From positions 1 through 64,000 of IMG/VR virus record IMGVR_UViG_3300031555_010877: a DNA stretch of 64,000 nucleotides. One strand, given 5' to 3'. Under the pieces are notes generated by a model. It was given only the letters and a program-made list of their open reading frames with translations, was not told the origin of the DNA and ran no database searches. Made by a program: the position numbers and the translations under genes. Of the stretch, positions 52,860 to 62,147 are shown piece by piece (position 1 is the stretch's first letter; each line of letters starts with the position of its first letter). The DNA is from a virus (taxonomy: Duplodnaviria; Caudoviricetes).

Positions 52860-52886
52860 TAAAAAAGACCGCCCAAATGGCGGTCT
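52860..52886 (-). terminator. Terminator of the tRNA-cluster transcript
   Basis: AGACCGCC-atttg-GGCGGTCT followed by a U tract. Confidence 0.8.
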
Positions 52887-52892
52887 GATTTT

Positions 52893-53057
52893 CTAAAATT
52901 TAATCTTTTGTACAAAGCCACATTTTTTACAGCGGTAAACCATTAATTCTGCATATGGCATATTATCACGGGCGTTATTGTACAGACCAACTTCTCGGAT
53001 AAGCTCCCAGTCGTGTCTGCAAAACAAACTACGGATATACAAAAATATTGTTCTCAT
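52893..53057 (-). CDS. Small zinc-ribbon protein (54 aa)
   Basis: LFCRHDW...YRCKKCG; not in the ORF track. Confidence 0.65.
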   Translation of the reverse strand: MRTIFLYIRSLFCRHDWELIREVGLYNNARDNMPYAELMVYRCKKCGFVQKIKF

Positions 53058-53229
53058 TTATCCTACTTTTACTGTTACCAATTCCATACCATCAAATGTC
53101 ATAACAGTATCTCCTTTCATTCATTGAGTTTTTCTTGCATAATTGCACTAGCTGTAGACAGGAAAACTCTAACCTTGATAGAATTCTATCTGCAACACTC
53201 AACAGCAAAGCATTACAGGTCATTGAATT

Positions 53230-53319
53230 TGGTACCACTGGCGGGACTTGAACCCGCAAGAATATCTCAATTCTGCAGAATTTTAAGTTCTGTGTGTAAG
53301 CCAATTCCACCACAGTGGC
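53230..53319 (-). tRNA. tRNA-Leu(UAA)
   Basis: Cloverleaf with CAGAA-CTTAAAA-TTCTG anticodon arm, long variable arm, GGTTCAAGT and CCA. Confidence 0.9.
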
Positions 53320-53519
53320 ATATATCGTTTCACCGAAGCTCTCTGCTGCCAGTTGCAGCCGACAGCAGGCTTCTTGGGAGAACCATCATAAAAATAGGAG
53401 ACCAATATCTGCAAATATCTATCTCTTGAAAACGCAGGTTCAAAAAGTTTTTGTTCCAAATCCCTCACTGGGACACATTCAGAGGCGTGCTGAGATTTTA
53501 ACCTCAGCGGGTTGCGCAT

Positions 53520-54095
53520 AAATAGGTGCGGAGGGTCTTATCTTGCTTTAATGCCTTATAGGCTTTGTTGTAAAACTGTTATTTCTTCGCACTCCTATTA
53601 TTGAGTTGCCTACTTTAACAGTTTGATTTAAAAGCGAAGGCTTGGTACGGATGGCAGCAAGTAGCCAGAGCCGTGCCTCCGTCTGTTTTTGAGGAGAACT
53701 TCCCCTCGACTCGGTTGACCAGGGACTTTCGACCAGCCCAATTCTGTTTCGTCTACTAACGCAAGACTTCTCGTTCACCGCAAGATGAATATATCATCCA
53801 TATAAGCGTAATACAGTAACTTCACCACATTATTGTATGCATCCAAACCTGTAGAAAACTCAAAGCTGCTAAGATTTACAATGGTCGCCACCATTAACTA
53901 TTACAGCTCCTATAAACCTCTATAGTTACCCGACGTTTTGCTTTATAAACACTTGATTCTTTTTAAAGTTGCCAAGCTACAACTTAATCGTGGATTGGAA
54001 TTTCTTTACTGTGCTATCCTCGCACTGTCAACGCTGTCAACACAAAGGTTTCGAATCCTTTTGATAAGTAGGGGACAAATGTTGACAACGTCCAC
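53520..54095 (-). ncRNA. Large structured ncRNA candidate (~570 nt; ROOL/GOLLD-like context)
   Basis: No credible ORF, many hairpins, and located between tRNAs. Confidence 0.45.
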
Positions 54096-54171
54096 TGGAG
54101 CTGATAACAGAATTTGAATCTGCGACCTGCTGATTACGAATCAGCTGCTCTACCGGCTGAGCTATATCAGC
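54096..54171 (-). tRNA. tRNA-Thr(CGU)
   Basis: GCTGA-TTCGTAA-TCAGC anticodon arm; CCA encoded. Confidence 0.9.
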
Positions 54172-54537
54172 ATATATATAGGGTTTCTCAGACTGCCACG
54201 CATTTCCATCTCTTGTTATTAACCTCGGCCTTCCTATTTAAGGAAACTATCTGGCCTTTTGGACCCCAAACACTTGCGTTCTTTGCCGATTTCTGTTAAA
54301 TATCGGGAACATCGTAGTGGTAATTTATATTCTGCGGTTGCCACTATCTCCGCAGGTACATAATCGATAGCGAATTTTATATAAACATCACTTGTGCCTC
54401 GAAGAGGGCTGCGAAGAATCAAGCTTCGATATTTTGACAGTGGTGATGTTATAACCATAATGCCCTTTTTGTGCGGAAGGGATAACCGCCAAAATAAGAA
54501 AGGAGCCAAACATATGAATTATGTTACAGACGCACCT

Positions 54538-54611
54538 TGGAGCAGCAGATGGGAATTGAACCCACGATATCTGCTTGGAAGGCAGAGGTGTTACCTCTAC
54601 ACTACTGCTGC
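54538..54611 (-). tRNA. tRNA-Gly(UCC)
   Basis: TCTGC-CTTCCAA-GCAGA anticodon arm; CCA encoded. Confidence 0.92.
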
Positions 54612-54647
54612 ATAGGGAGGAGAGACGCGCTATCTCTCCAAATTTAA

Positions 54648-54723
54648 CGACGACAGTTGGACTTGAACCAACGACTATTGAGGTTATGCTGCCTCACGTT
54701 CTGCCTACCTGAACTATGCCGTC
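54648..54723 (-). tRNA. Atypical tRNA-like RNA with an 8-nt anticodon loop (CAGCAUAA) and no encoded CCA
   Basis: Acceptor GACGGCA/TGTCGTC, D stem GTTC/GAAC, anticodon stem TGAGG/CCTCA, T arm GTTGG-TTCAAGT-CCAAC. Confidence 0.7.
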
Positions 54724-54724
54724 A

Positions 54725-54799
54725 TGGTGACCCCTGGGAGAATCGAACTCCCGATGCCAGCGTGAAAAGCTGGAGTCTTTACCTCTTGACCAAGGGGCC
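54725..54799 (-). tRNA. tRNA-Glu(UUC)
   Basis: CCAGC-TTTTCAC-GCTGG anticodon arm; CCA encoded. Confidence 0.92.
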
Positions 54800-54987
54800 A
54801 TATGCAGACAGGCGAAATCAATATGATTTTCTTTAAAGTAAAATAAGAAGCATAACTTATACACAAAATGTGCTACCTATCAGAAACTTTTTTTATTGGT
54901 GACTCGGCACGGGTTATAAGGCACCGCCATCCTGTTGACTATACTGTTTTGCCTCGCTTACCAAGCATTTACGTCACCTATCCAAAC

Positions 54988-55063
54988 TGGCGGAAGCAGA
55001 AGGGCTCGAACCTTCGACCGTCGGATTAACAGTCCGATGCTCTGCCGACTGAGCTATGCTTCC
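54988..55063 (-). tRNA. tRNA-Asn(GUU)
   Basis: TCGGA-CTGTTAA-TCCGA anticodon arm; CCA encoded. Confidence 0.92.
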
Positions 55064-55155
55064 ATGCTCTCAAGCATTGCAGCTTGAGACCTAAAATTGA
55101 GGCATTACTTTTTCTGTTTCTCAATTTCTAACCACTCTTAAGTTGTGGCGCACTT

Positions 55156-55230
55156 TGGTTCTGGAGCCACGATTTGAACGTGGAACTTTAGGCTTATGAG
55201 ACCTAATTGCTACCATTGCATCACTCCAGT
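55156..55230 (-). tRNA. tRNA(CAU), Met/fMet-like
   Basis: TAGGT-CTCATAA-GCCTA anticodon arm; 1:72 A/A mismatch; CCA encoded. Confidence 0.85.
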
Positions 55231-55362
55231 ATATATGACCAGCTACCTCGCAAAACTGGCCGGGCTTAGGCTTCTCACCCGTAGGCTTCTCTCTTGCCTT
55301 ATCGGTTCACATACACCTAATATTACCACTCTTATTTATGAGAGAATCATAGCGAGGTTTGA

Positions 55363-55439
55363 TGGTTGCTGAGGTGCGGTTCGAACACACAAACTTCTGG
55401 GTCAAAACCAGATGACTCTACCAGTTCGTCTACTCAGCA
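55363..55439 (-). tRNA. tRNA-Gln(UUG)
   Basis: TCTGG-TTTTGAC-CCAGA anticodon arm; CCA encoded. Confidence 0.88.
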
Positions 55440-55444
55440 ATACA

Positions 55445-55936
55445 TTAAGCAGATTCTTTATAACAATACCCTTTGCAAACATTAATAATTGTAGTTTTTG
55501 ACACATTAAATTTTTTACTTAATTCACTACGTGAATATATATGTTGATTTTCTTTTATGTATTTAATATCTTCTGCAGAGAGTTTTCTTTTATTAAAATA
55601 AACATTATTATTGCGAATCTCATATTGAATGTGATATTGTACGTTTTTGGCTGGAGTTGTCCATTCAAGATTTTCTAAAGAATAATTAAGCTTGTTTTCA
55701 TCTTTATGATGAACAATAGGATAATTATTCGGATTATCAATAAACGTTTCAGCCAACGCTTTATGAAGTCTAATATTCTTAACTTTATGATTATAATTTA
55801 AATTCACATGATAATACCCTGTTTTACCAATATAAGCTGTCATCAAATTTCCAGTTTTTAAATTTTTTATATTACCATTTTCATCAATAATAAAATTTGG
55901 ATATTCAACATTATTATAAATTAATGTTTTAAACAC
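55445..55936 (-). CDS. Free-standing HNH homing endonuclease with a C-terminal HTH
   Basis: HKALAETFIDNPNNYPIVHHKDENKLN....NLEW. Start reassigned to GTG after AAAGGAGG. Confidence 0.85.
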   Translation of the reverse strand: MFKTLIYNNVEYPNFIIDENGNIKNLKTGNLMTAYIGKTGYYHVNLNYNHKVKNIRLHKALAETFIDNPNNYPIVHHKDENKLNYSLENLEWTTPAKNVQYHIQYEIRNNNVYFNKRKLSAEDIKYIKENQHIYSRSELSKKFNVSKTTIINVCKGYCYKESA

Positions 55937-56009
55937 CAAATACCTCCTTTGGTATATTTTTTGATGGCACGTATTAGGGAACGTGCCCAAACCCTTAACT
56001 TTTAGCCGA

Positions 56010-56091
56010 AATGGTATACAAAAATGGTATATTTTGTTGGTATAACAAAACCGCTTACATATCTTGTATCCATAAATACCAACAATTTTTT
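56010..56091 (-). promoter_or_regulatory. Conserved ~80-bp element, copy 2
   Basis: TGGTATA x3 at 13-bp period plus GTATCCATAAATACCAACAATTTTT. Confidence 0.65.
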
Positions 56092-56128
56092 GTAACTTAT
56101 TAATTAAATTACCTAAGTTGCATTTTTA

Positions 56129-56209
56129 AATGGTATAAAACAATGGTATAGACCAATGGGATAACAAAACAGCATACATTAAAAGTATCCATATATACCA
56201 ACAATTTTT
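56129..56209 (-). promoter_or_regulatory. Conserved ~80-bp element, copy 3
   Basis: TGGTATA, TGGTATA, TGGGATA at 13-bp period plus GTATCCATATATACCAACAATTTTT. Confidence 0.65.
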
Positions 56210-56825
56210 AAAACACTTCCTGTGCCAAAGCCATAATGTCATTCTCTGACAATACATAAGTGCCTTCATTAATAAGTGGTACTTTAATTTTATAACGGCG
56301 ATTTTTAGATAATGGACGTTTTCTGTCCCACATAAAATAACTTTCTTCATCACCGCACTTTTCCATAAAATCAAAGTCAATCAATTCCGGAATATATCGA
56401 CCACTAATATGTGACTGCTGAAGACCTATCCAATTGGAAAATGCAACTGTTGAAATATTAACTTCGCCATCACTGTTGGCATTTATCTTTGCATAACATA
56501 AGATTGCCAAAGCTAAAAGCTTGCAATTCTTACTATCAAAACGACTGATAATATTATAAATATCTGTATCACTTACAAACACATCTGTCTTTCCACGCAA
56601 TTTATGCTTGTCCTCAAGTGCCTGATATATTACTGAGTTAACACTGAAAGGGAAGTACACGCGGTGTTTTTCGCCCCAGTTGAAAATCTCATTACGAATT
56701 TCTAAATTATTCAAGCCCTGCTCTTTATACCACATGGCCAGCAGGAAACATATTCTATGTAAACATTTCTTATTTATATTTTTACCTGCGAGGTATTCCT
56801 GTACCTCTTTGATTTCATCAATCAA
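56208..56825 (-). CDS. Hypothetical protein coupled to the RNA polymerase gene (possible accessory/DNA-binding factor)
   Basis: TTG start after AAGGAG, overlapping the polymerase stop; possible winged-helix C-terminal half. Confidence 0.55.
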   Translation of the reverse strand: MIDEIKEVQEYLAGKNINKKCLHRICFLLAMWYKEQGLNNLEIRNEIFNWGEKHRVYFPFSVNSVIYQALEDKHKLRGKTDVFVSDTDIYNIISRFDSKNCKLLALAILCYAKINANSDGEVNISTVAFSNWIGLQQSHISGRYIPELIDFDFMEKCGDEESYFMWDRKRPLSKNRRYKIKVPLINEGTYVLSENDIMALAQEVF

Positions 56826-59800
56826 TAGTTTGGACTCCTTCTTCTCCAAGGTTACAACGAACCATTGTGTATTTCTTGCCCAAATATTCTTCGGTGCCGT
56901 TATCGTCACGCTGCGGTAACATAATATCTACCGGTTTAATGTTCTGTACAATACCGTCACCAGCAATCTGCCACAAGAATTTCTTATTGCGGGCGGGGTA
57001 CCTCTCGTAGCACAATACCGTCGCAATATTCGCCAGCTCCTGTATATTTGGGCATACCTGCAGGCAGCGGCTTTTATACTGGTCATAATAATACCCCCAG
57101 TTGAACATAAAATTCTGAGCAGTTTTTTTATCAATCCAATCTTTAAGTTCATCTTTGTAATCATCATATCGTTTAAACATTGCTGCTTCTTTACCTAACT
57201 CTGCCATTTCTTTATTAAACTCTAAATATATATTTTCTATCGCTTTAAAATGTTCTTCGGTATATCCAATTTCTTCATCAATCATAATATGGTAATCAAA
57301 ATCTTTAAATGTGCGTTTGTATCTGATTGTCTTTTCCCATTTTTCAATCTCTCTGCATAAACGGTTCATATTGCTGTTTGTCATTGCAAATTTGTGAAGC
57401 TTTCCATAATACTCACCAGCGTACTTCATAAAATAGGGAAGTGGCTTCGCATATTTTGCAATATGTTTCGGAATATTGAAAAGCACACCGGTCTTAGCGA
57501 AATCTCTTTGGACTATATCATCACCTCGCAGGGGAGCGAGGGGTTGGCGCTTCCAAATGCGGAATTGCACCGCAAATGTACAGATTTCATAACCTTAGCA
57601 AATGCCGTAGGTTGTATATCTTAGTCTCTTGACCTTACAATAAATTTCTTCATTGTCTTGGCACAGGATTGTTTATAGTATATAAATATTAGTCTTTGTG
57701 ATATTTTCCAGCTTTAATATTATTTATTGTACTACTATAACATTTAAGCTGACGGGCAATTTCACTGCAACTAACTCCTTCTGCTATCATTTGTTTTGCC
57801 CTGTTTATTTCCTCTTGGGTAAGGAAATGTTTTGGTTTCTTCTTATTCATGTATTCTTCCCAGCCATCAATTTTAATATGTGTCCAACTTCGATTATTGG
57901 CAATTGAACTGATAGCTCCAAAAGATACATTATATTTTTCACTCAATACTTTTTTAGATGTACCATTTAATAATTCTTTTTTTATATTTAAAACTTGTTC
58001 CTCATTTAATTTTGCAAATTTACTTTTGCTACCCAAATTCTGTTCACGAATTTTCTGTCTTGTTATATCACTAACTACTCTGTTGCTCATATATATACTT
58101 AAGGCTTGTTTGTTTTCTTCTGTGGGACTAAGGTGTTTACTTGATGCTCGCATTTTTTGCTTTGTCTCTTCAGACAACTTACTACCCAACATACGTTGTC
58201 TGTTTTTCTCTCCAAGCTGCTTATAAAATTCTTTATCACGTACACAACCTAAAGTTCCATCTCCACCTGTTGTTAAATTAAATCCATTATTGTATGTATC
58301 ATATTGTTTAATATATTCTTGTTCAAGCTGACTTAAATCATCATTATCCTTTTTTAAATATAAGATACCAAATATTAAACTATCTGCACCATATTTGTTG
58401 AATGAAGCTTGGAGATAAGCATTATCATGCTCATTGTGTTCCAATTTCCATTGATGATGCCAGAACCGTCGTTTAAAAGACTGGTCTGTTTTGCCGATAT
58501 ATAATTTATCATTACCTTTACAATAAATAGAATATATACCAGCCTCGTTTTTGTATTTATTATAATCTTTAAATTCCAAATATTTATTTCTATCTATATA
58601 CTATAAACTTCCCCTGTTAGCACATTACCAAATTGCCATTTCCTGCAATTCCACAATGTGTAATGCACACCCCGTATTTACGGGTTCACCAACTTTTGCA
58701 CTGTATGTCACCATACAGGAGCACAGATTTCTATGCTTTTACCTGTCACAACGGACAGAATATCTATATAACTATCATATTTTTTCTTTTGTTCTTGTGT
58801 TTTAGGAACTTTTGCATGGAAGCACGACGCCGCATTTGATGCTTCGCCAACAAGACTTACCATGCCACGTAAAATTGCAGCAAGTTTGCTTTGGTCATTA
58901 TAAGGTTCTTCAATGGATGTGATTTTATCTTCTATATCAATCATAATAGGAATGTCTCTTACGACACCTTCCATCATCAAAGGATTATCAATCACACAAA
59001 GCAAGTCTCCGTCAAAATCACAACCCGATAGACGTTGTGGTGTTAAGCTCTTGCCATTAATAATAATTGTATTGACCAAATGACTGCAATATTTATCTAA
59101 AAGTTCATTTGTTATACCTTTTAAGATAACATGTTCAGATTTACAAATATGAGGATTACGCTCAATCAATTTCTCTCCAAGTAAAACTCCATCTTTATTA
59201 AAACTGTAGAATTCATCAGCTTCGAGGCAACCATTGACTTCAAGCCCACCAATATGTTCCATCATCATAATTACATCAGGCACAGCAAATTTAAAACATG
59301 CTTTAAGCCACAATTTCCCGCATTTCATATCATCTTTATATTTCTCAATCAAAGATATAAGATATGTACGCACTCCATGTTCCTTCATCATCATCGGATT
59401 GCGAAGAATTGCCTTGGCATAATTATTAAGAGGCTTATGACTATCAGCCATCATACCTAAAAAACAATATGTATATAATGGGTCACCATTGATTATTTTT
59501 TCAATCCAACGAATACTATCTGTTGCGAGCAGTGCAAATTTCTCATATGGTAATTCCAGGTCTTGCAGAATCTGATAATTTCCTCTGGTATAAACTGGTT
59601 CTTCATCAAGAGAAAAGTTCCATTTTGCAACACCAAAGCAATGTTTATATTTTCGGAATTTATCCCAATATCGTTCCCAGTCAGCATAGGTGCCAGTATC
59701 TTTGAAGTATTTTTTACCTTTATACATACTTTCAAACCAGATACATAATGGCTCACTGCCAGGAGCAACAGAATGCTTCATACCCCAAATATCAGTAATT

Positions 59801-60579
59801 TCTGTGATGCCGTGTTCAGCAAAAAAAGTTTCATAATCAACTTCTATAGACAATCCTTTTATATAAGGACAGCGAGCAATAAAACTTGTCATTGGTGTAT
59901 TACTGCCAATCTTTTCTTCAAGAATACGGGATATGGCTGGATGATGAATCCCCGCACCATCAAACACATTAATTTCAATGTCTGTAGTTTTTTCTGCAAC
60001 ATCTTTTTGTGTCCAAGTTCTTTTTTCTCCAGTATCTTTATCAATAAATTCAGTTGTATTGTCATACAAATATTTAATGTGCTGATTTGGAATTACTCTA
60101 TAATAATCAGGAACAATCACAATTTTAGGAATCCAATCTTCAACACAGTGGCAGCTTGATAACATGAGTCCCCGGTAGGCTGTATATTTAGCAATTACAG
60201 TTTTATCAAAGTCAATATCCATAGTAATACGCTTGTCTAGTTCCTTGATAATTCGGCTGTCAACAAAACTCATAATTGCATTACGCTGCATTGAAGCACT
60301 TCGCTCTGAAATCTCAAATTTTTGCCCATTTACTTTAAACCCGTGCTGAACTATCTTTTTGAGTTCAGCTGTTTTATTTTTGGCACCTTTACAATCAACA
60401 AAAATTATGTATTTATTAAATTTTTCATCATCAAATGTAATCTTGCGTATCTGCCTCAACATAGGGGAGTCAGACTGTTTAATAAAATAACGTTCACAGT
60501 CACCCTGAATATGATAATCAGCATCTACAATTTCCTTAAAAGGAATTTTTCTTACTATATATAACGGTGGACTAAACAT
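56818..60579 (-). CDS. yonO: YonO-like single-subunit two-barrel RNA polymerase (RdRP-family), spliced (exons 60579-58733 and 57505-56818; ~844 aa)
   Basis: R.P..KG, RNPH and catalytic SGCDFDGD motifs. Splicing restores GKSI|DFAKTG. Confidence 0.85.
57506..58732 (-). mobile_element. Group I intron (1,227 nt) in the RNA polymerase gene
   Basis: P1 AGCAT/GTGCT with U.G; P10 AAATCT pairs with exon AGATTT; P7 GAGACTA / ATAGTC; terminal G. Confidence 0.9.
57689..58579 (-). CDS. Intron-encoded GIY-YIG homing endonuclease (NUMOD3 + HTH domains)
   Basis: GIYSI...YIGKT, H.N..LQ, GFNLT.GG and KLSEETKQKM motifs. Flanked by the inverted repeat GTTTATAGTATATA. Confidence 0.88.
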   Translation of the reverse strand: MEFKDYNKYKNEAGIYSIYCKGNDKLYIGKTDQSFKRRFWHHQWKLEHNEHDNAYLQASFNKYGADSLIFGILYLKKDNDDLSQLEQEYIKQYDTYNNGFNLTTGGDGTLGCVRDKEFYKQLGEKNRQRMLGSKLSEETKQKMRASSKHLSPTEENKQALSIYMSNRVVSDITRQKIREQNLGSKSKFAKLNEEQVLNIKKELLNGTSKKVLSEKYNVSFGAISSIANNRSWTHIKIDGWEEYMNKKKPKHFLTQEEINRAKQMIAEGVSCSEIARQLKCYSSTINNIKAGKYHKD

Positions 60580-60768
60580 TTACTCACCGTCCCTTAAACG
60601 CTGCTGCATTGTTTTTGGTGAGAATTTATGGTAACTCATTTCTGACCAATAATATTCGCTGGGCTCAAACAATTCACAGCCTTTTACATCAGTTGTATCT
60701 ACCCCGCCACAAAATTCATACAGGGCGCAATTTTCACAATTGCAATATTCATCGAACAATATAAGCAA
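60580..60768 (-). CDS. Small Cys-rich protein
   Basis: CNCENC...C.......C with AAAGGAGG RBS. Confidence 0.6.
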   Translation of the reverse strand: MLILFDEYCNCENCALYEFCGGVDTTDVKGCELFEPSEYYWSEMSYHKFSPKTMQQRLRDGE

Positions 60769-60801
60769 TTTCCTCCTTTGCTATATTTTTGTACTTTAAC
60801 T

Positions 60802-62133
60802 CTATATCTCATTTTCAATCTCCTCATCTTCATCGTTATATCGTATCGGACTACCTACGGGAAGCATCTCTAAAAATGCTGCTCCAGGCAACCAATATTT
60901 ACTTCCATCATTTGTTCTTTTTGCAACTGAAAAATGTATGTGTGCTATGCGTCCTAAATAATCATCTCTGTGTTCCCAAAATTCTTTGCGTTCTTCATCG
61001 CTATATCCAAGAGGCAGCACGACGTTGCTACCTTTATAATCAACTATAAAACTCTGCAGTATATCTTCATTTTCTTTTTTTGTGTAATCAACTATCATCA
61101 AATCTGCTTCATGCATTTGTCTTAGGTATAAGAAACTTTCACTGTTCTGTCGGTATTTATATAAGTCATAATCAAGATTAACTAAAATTCCTGCGTATCC
61201 TTTTTCTTTGGCTACTCTGAATGCTTTTAAAATATTTCCTCTGTAACGTCCATTAAATAAAATCGGGGCAAGTTGTATATGTTCGGTAGGTGTAAAATTC
61301 GTCTCTAAAAATGTTCGTCGGTCTTTATATATGTTTTTACATGTCTTACGGTTAAATTCTTTCAAAGATAATATGTCATAGATATAAAATATAATGTCAC
61401 TTTTATCGCGCTCTGGCAGTCGGACTATCCATCGCTCTTTCATTCGGCGGTCATAAGGGGAGAGGTCTTTTGCATCCTCACCTTTATAAACAAGTTCGCC
61501 ATCAAATACCACTTCATCAAACGGCAAGTCATTAAATTCCTGCAAGAGTTCATCGAAGCCCTCAAGGACAATGCCGAAGCGTGTATACATTCTTGCTTCG
61601 CCACATTCTTTGATAACAGCGCAGCGGGTGCCATTGTACCAACCGGAAACTGTGAACTGTCGCTGACGCACATAGTCTTCGTTACCATAGTACAGCCCCG
61701 GCATCATCAATGGGATTTCATAAACAGTTCCCGCGCCATATACTGTATTGACCTGTTTGGCTGAAACATTTATTTCAAGGTCTCTCAGCACCGCATCAAT
61801 CAAAAAGTCGTGGAGCTCAGCGGGGTAGAGGGTAAGAGAACCATGTATCTTTGCCACAGCTTTTTTATTACCCGCCCCCATATATGTCAGATATTCAAGC
61901 AGGTCATCACCTTCGCCTGTCACAAACGGCACAACGTCTTCGGCTGTAATTTCGGACGGCGCCCATTTATCAAAGATAAGGAAACGGCTTAACCCAAGAC
62001 GCGTTTTCCCAAACTGATACAATAAAAAGTCTGTCCACTTGGTATTTGTTGCATTACGGCGCAATATGCGTATTTTTTCATCATAAGATGTTGTGGCCGC
62101 CAACGCATCTGCAATTTGTTTAATTTCGTGTAT
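60802..62133 (-). CDS. ATP-dependent DNA ligase homolog with a degenerate active site
   Basis: DGEL, YIYDIL and OB-domain layout are present, but motif I reads WYNG rather than KxDG. Probable ATA start at 62133. Confidence 0.7.
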   Translation of the reverse strand: MHEIKQIADALAATTSYDEKIRILRRNATNTKWTDFLLYQFGKTRLGLSRFLIFDKWAPSEITAEDVVPFVTGEGDDLLEYLTYMGAGNKKAVAKIHGSLTLYPAELHDFLIDAVLRDLEINVSAKQVNTVYGAGTVYEIPLMMPGLYYGNEDYVRQRQFTVSGWYNGTRCAVIKECGEARMYTRFGIVLEGFDELLQEFNDLPFDEVVFDGELVYKGEDAKDLSPYDRRMKERWIVRLPERDKSDIIFYIYDILSLKEFNRKTCKNIYKDRRTFLETNFTPTEHIQLAPILFNGRYRGNILKAFRVAKEKGYAGILVNLDYDLYKYRQNSESFLYLRQMHEADLMIVDYTKKENEDILQSFIVDYKGSNVVLPLGYSDEERKEFWEHRDDYLGRIAHIHFSVAKRTNDGSKYWLPGAAFLEMLPVGSPIRYNDEDEEIENEI

Positions 62134-62147
62134 TTATATCGCCCCCT

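Noticed and set aside
53013-53778. ORF-track calls overlapping tRNA-Leu and the ncRNA region
   Set aside because: They overlap a clear tRNA or structured RNA and lack an RBS and phage-like codon usage.
54395-54415. GCCCTCTTCGAGGC as the core of an HDV-like/theta ribozyme
   Set aside because: It is not adjacent to a tRNA 3' end, and I could not build the P1/P2/P1.1 pseudoknot by eye.
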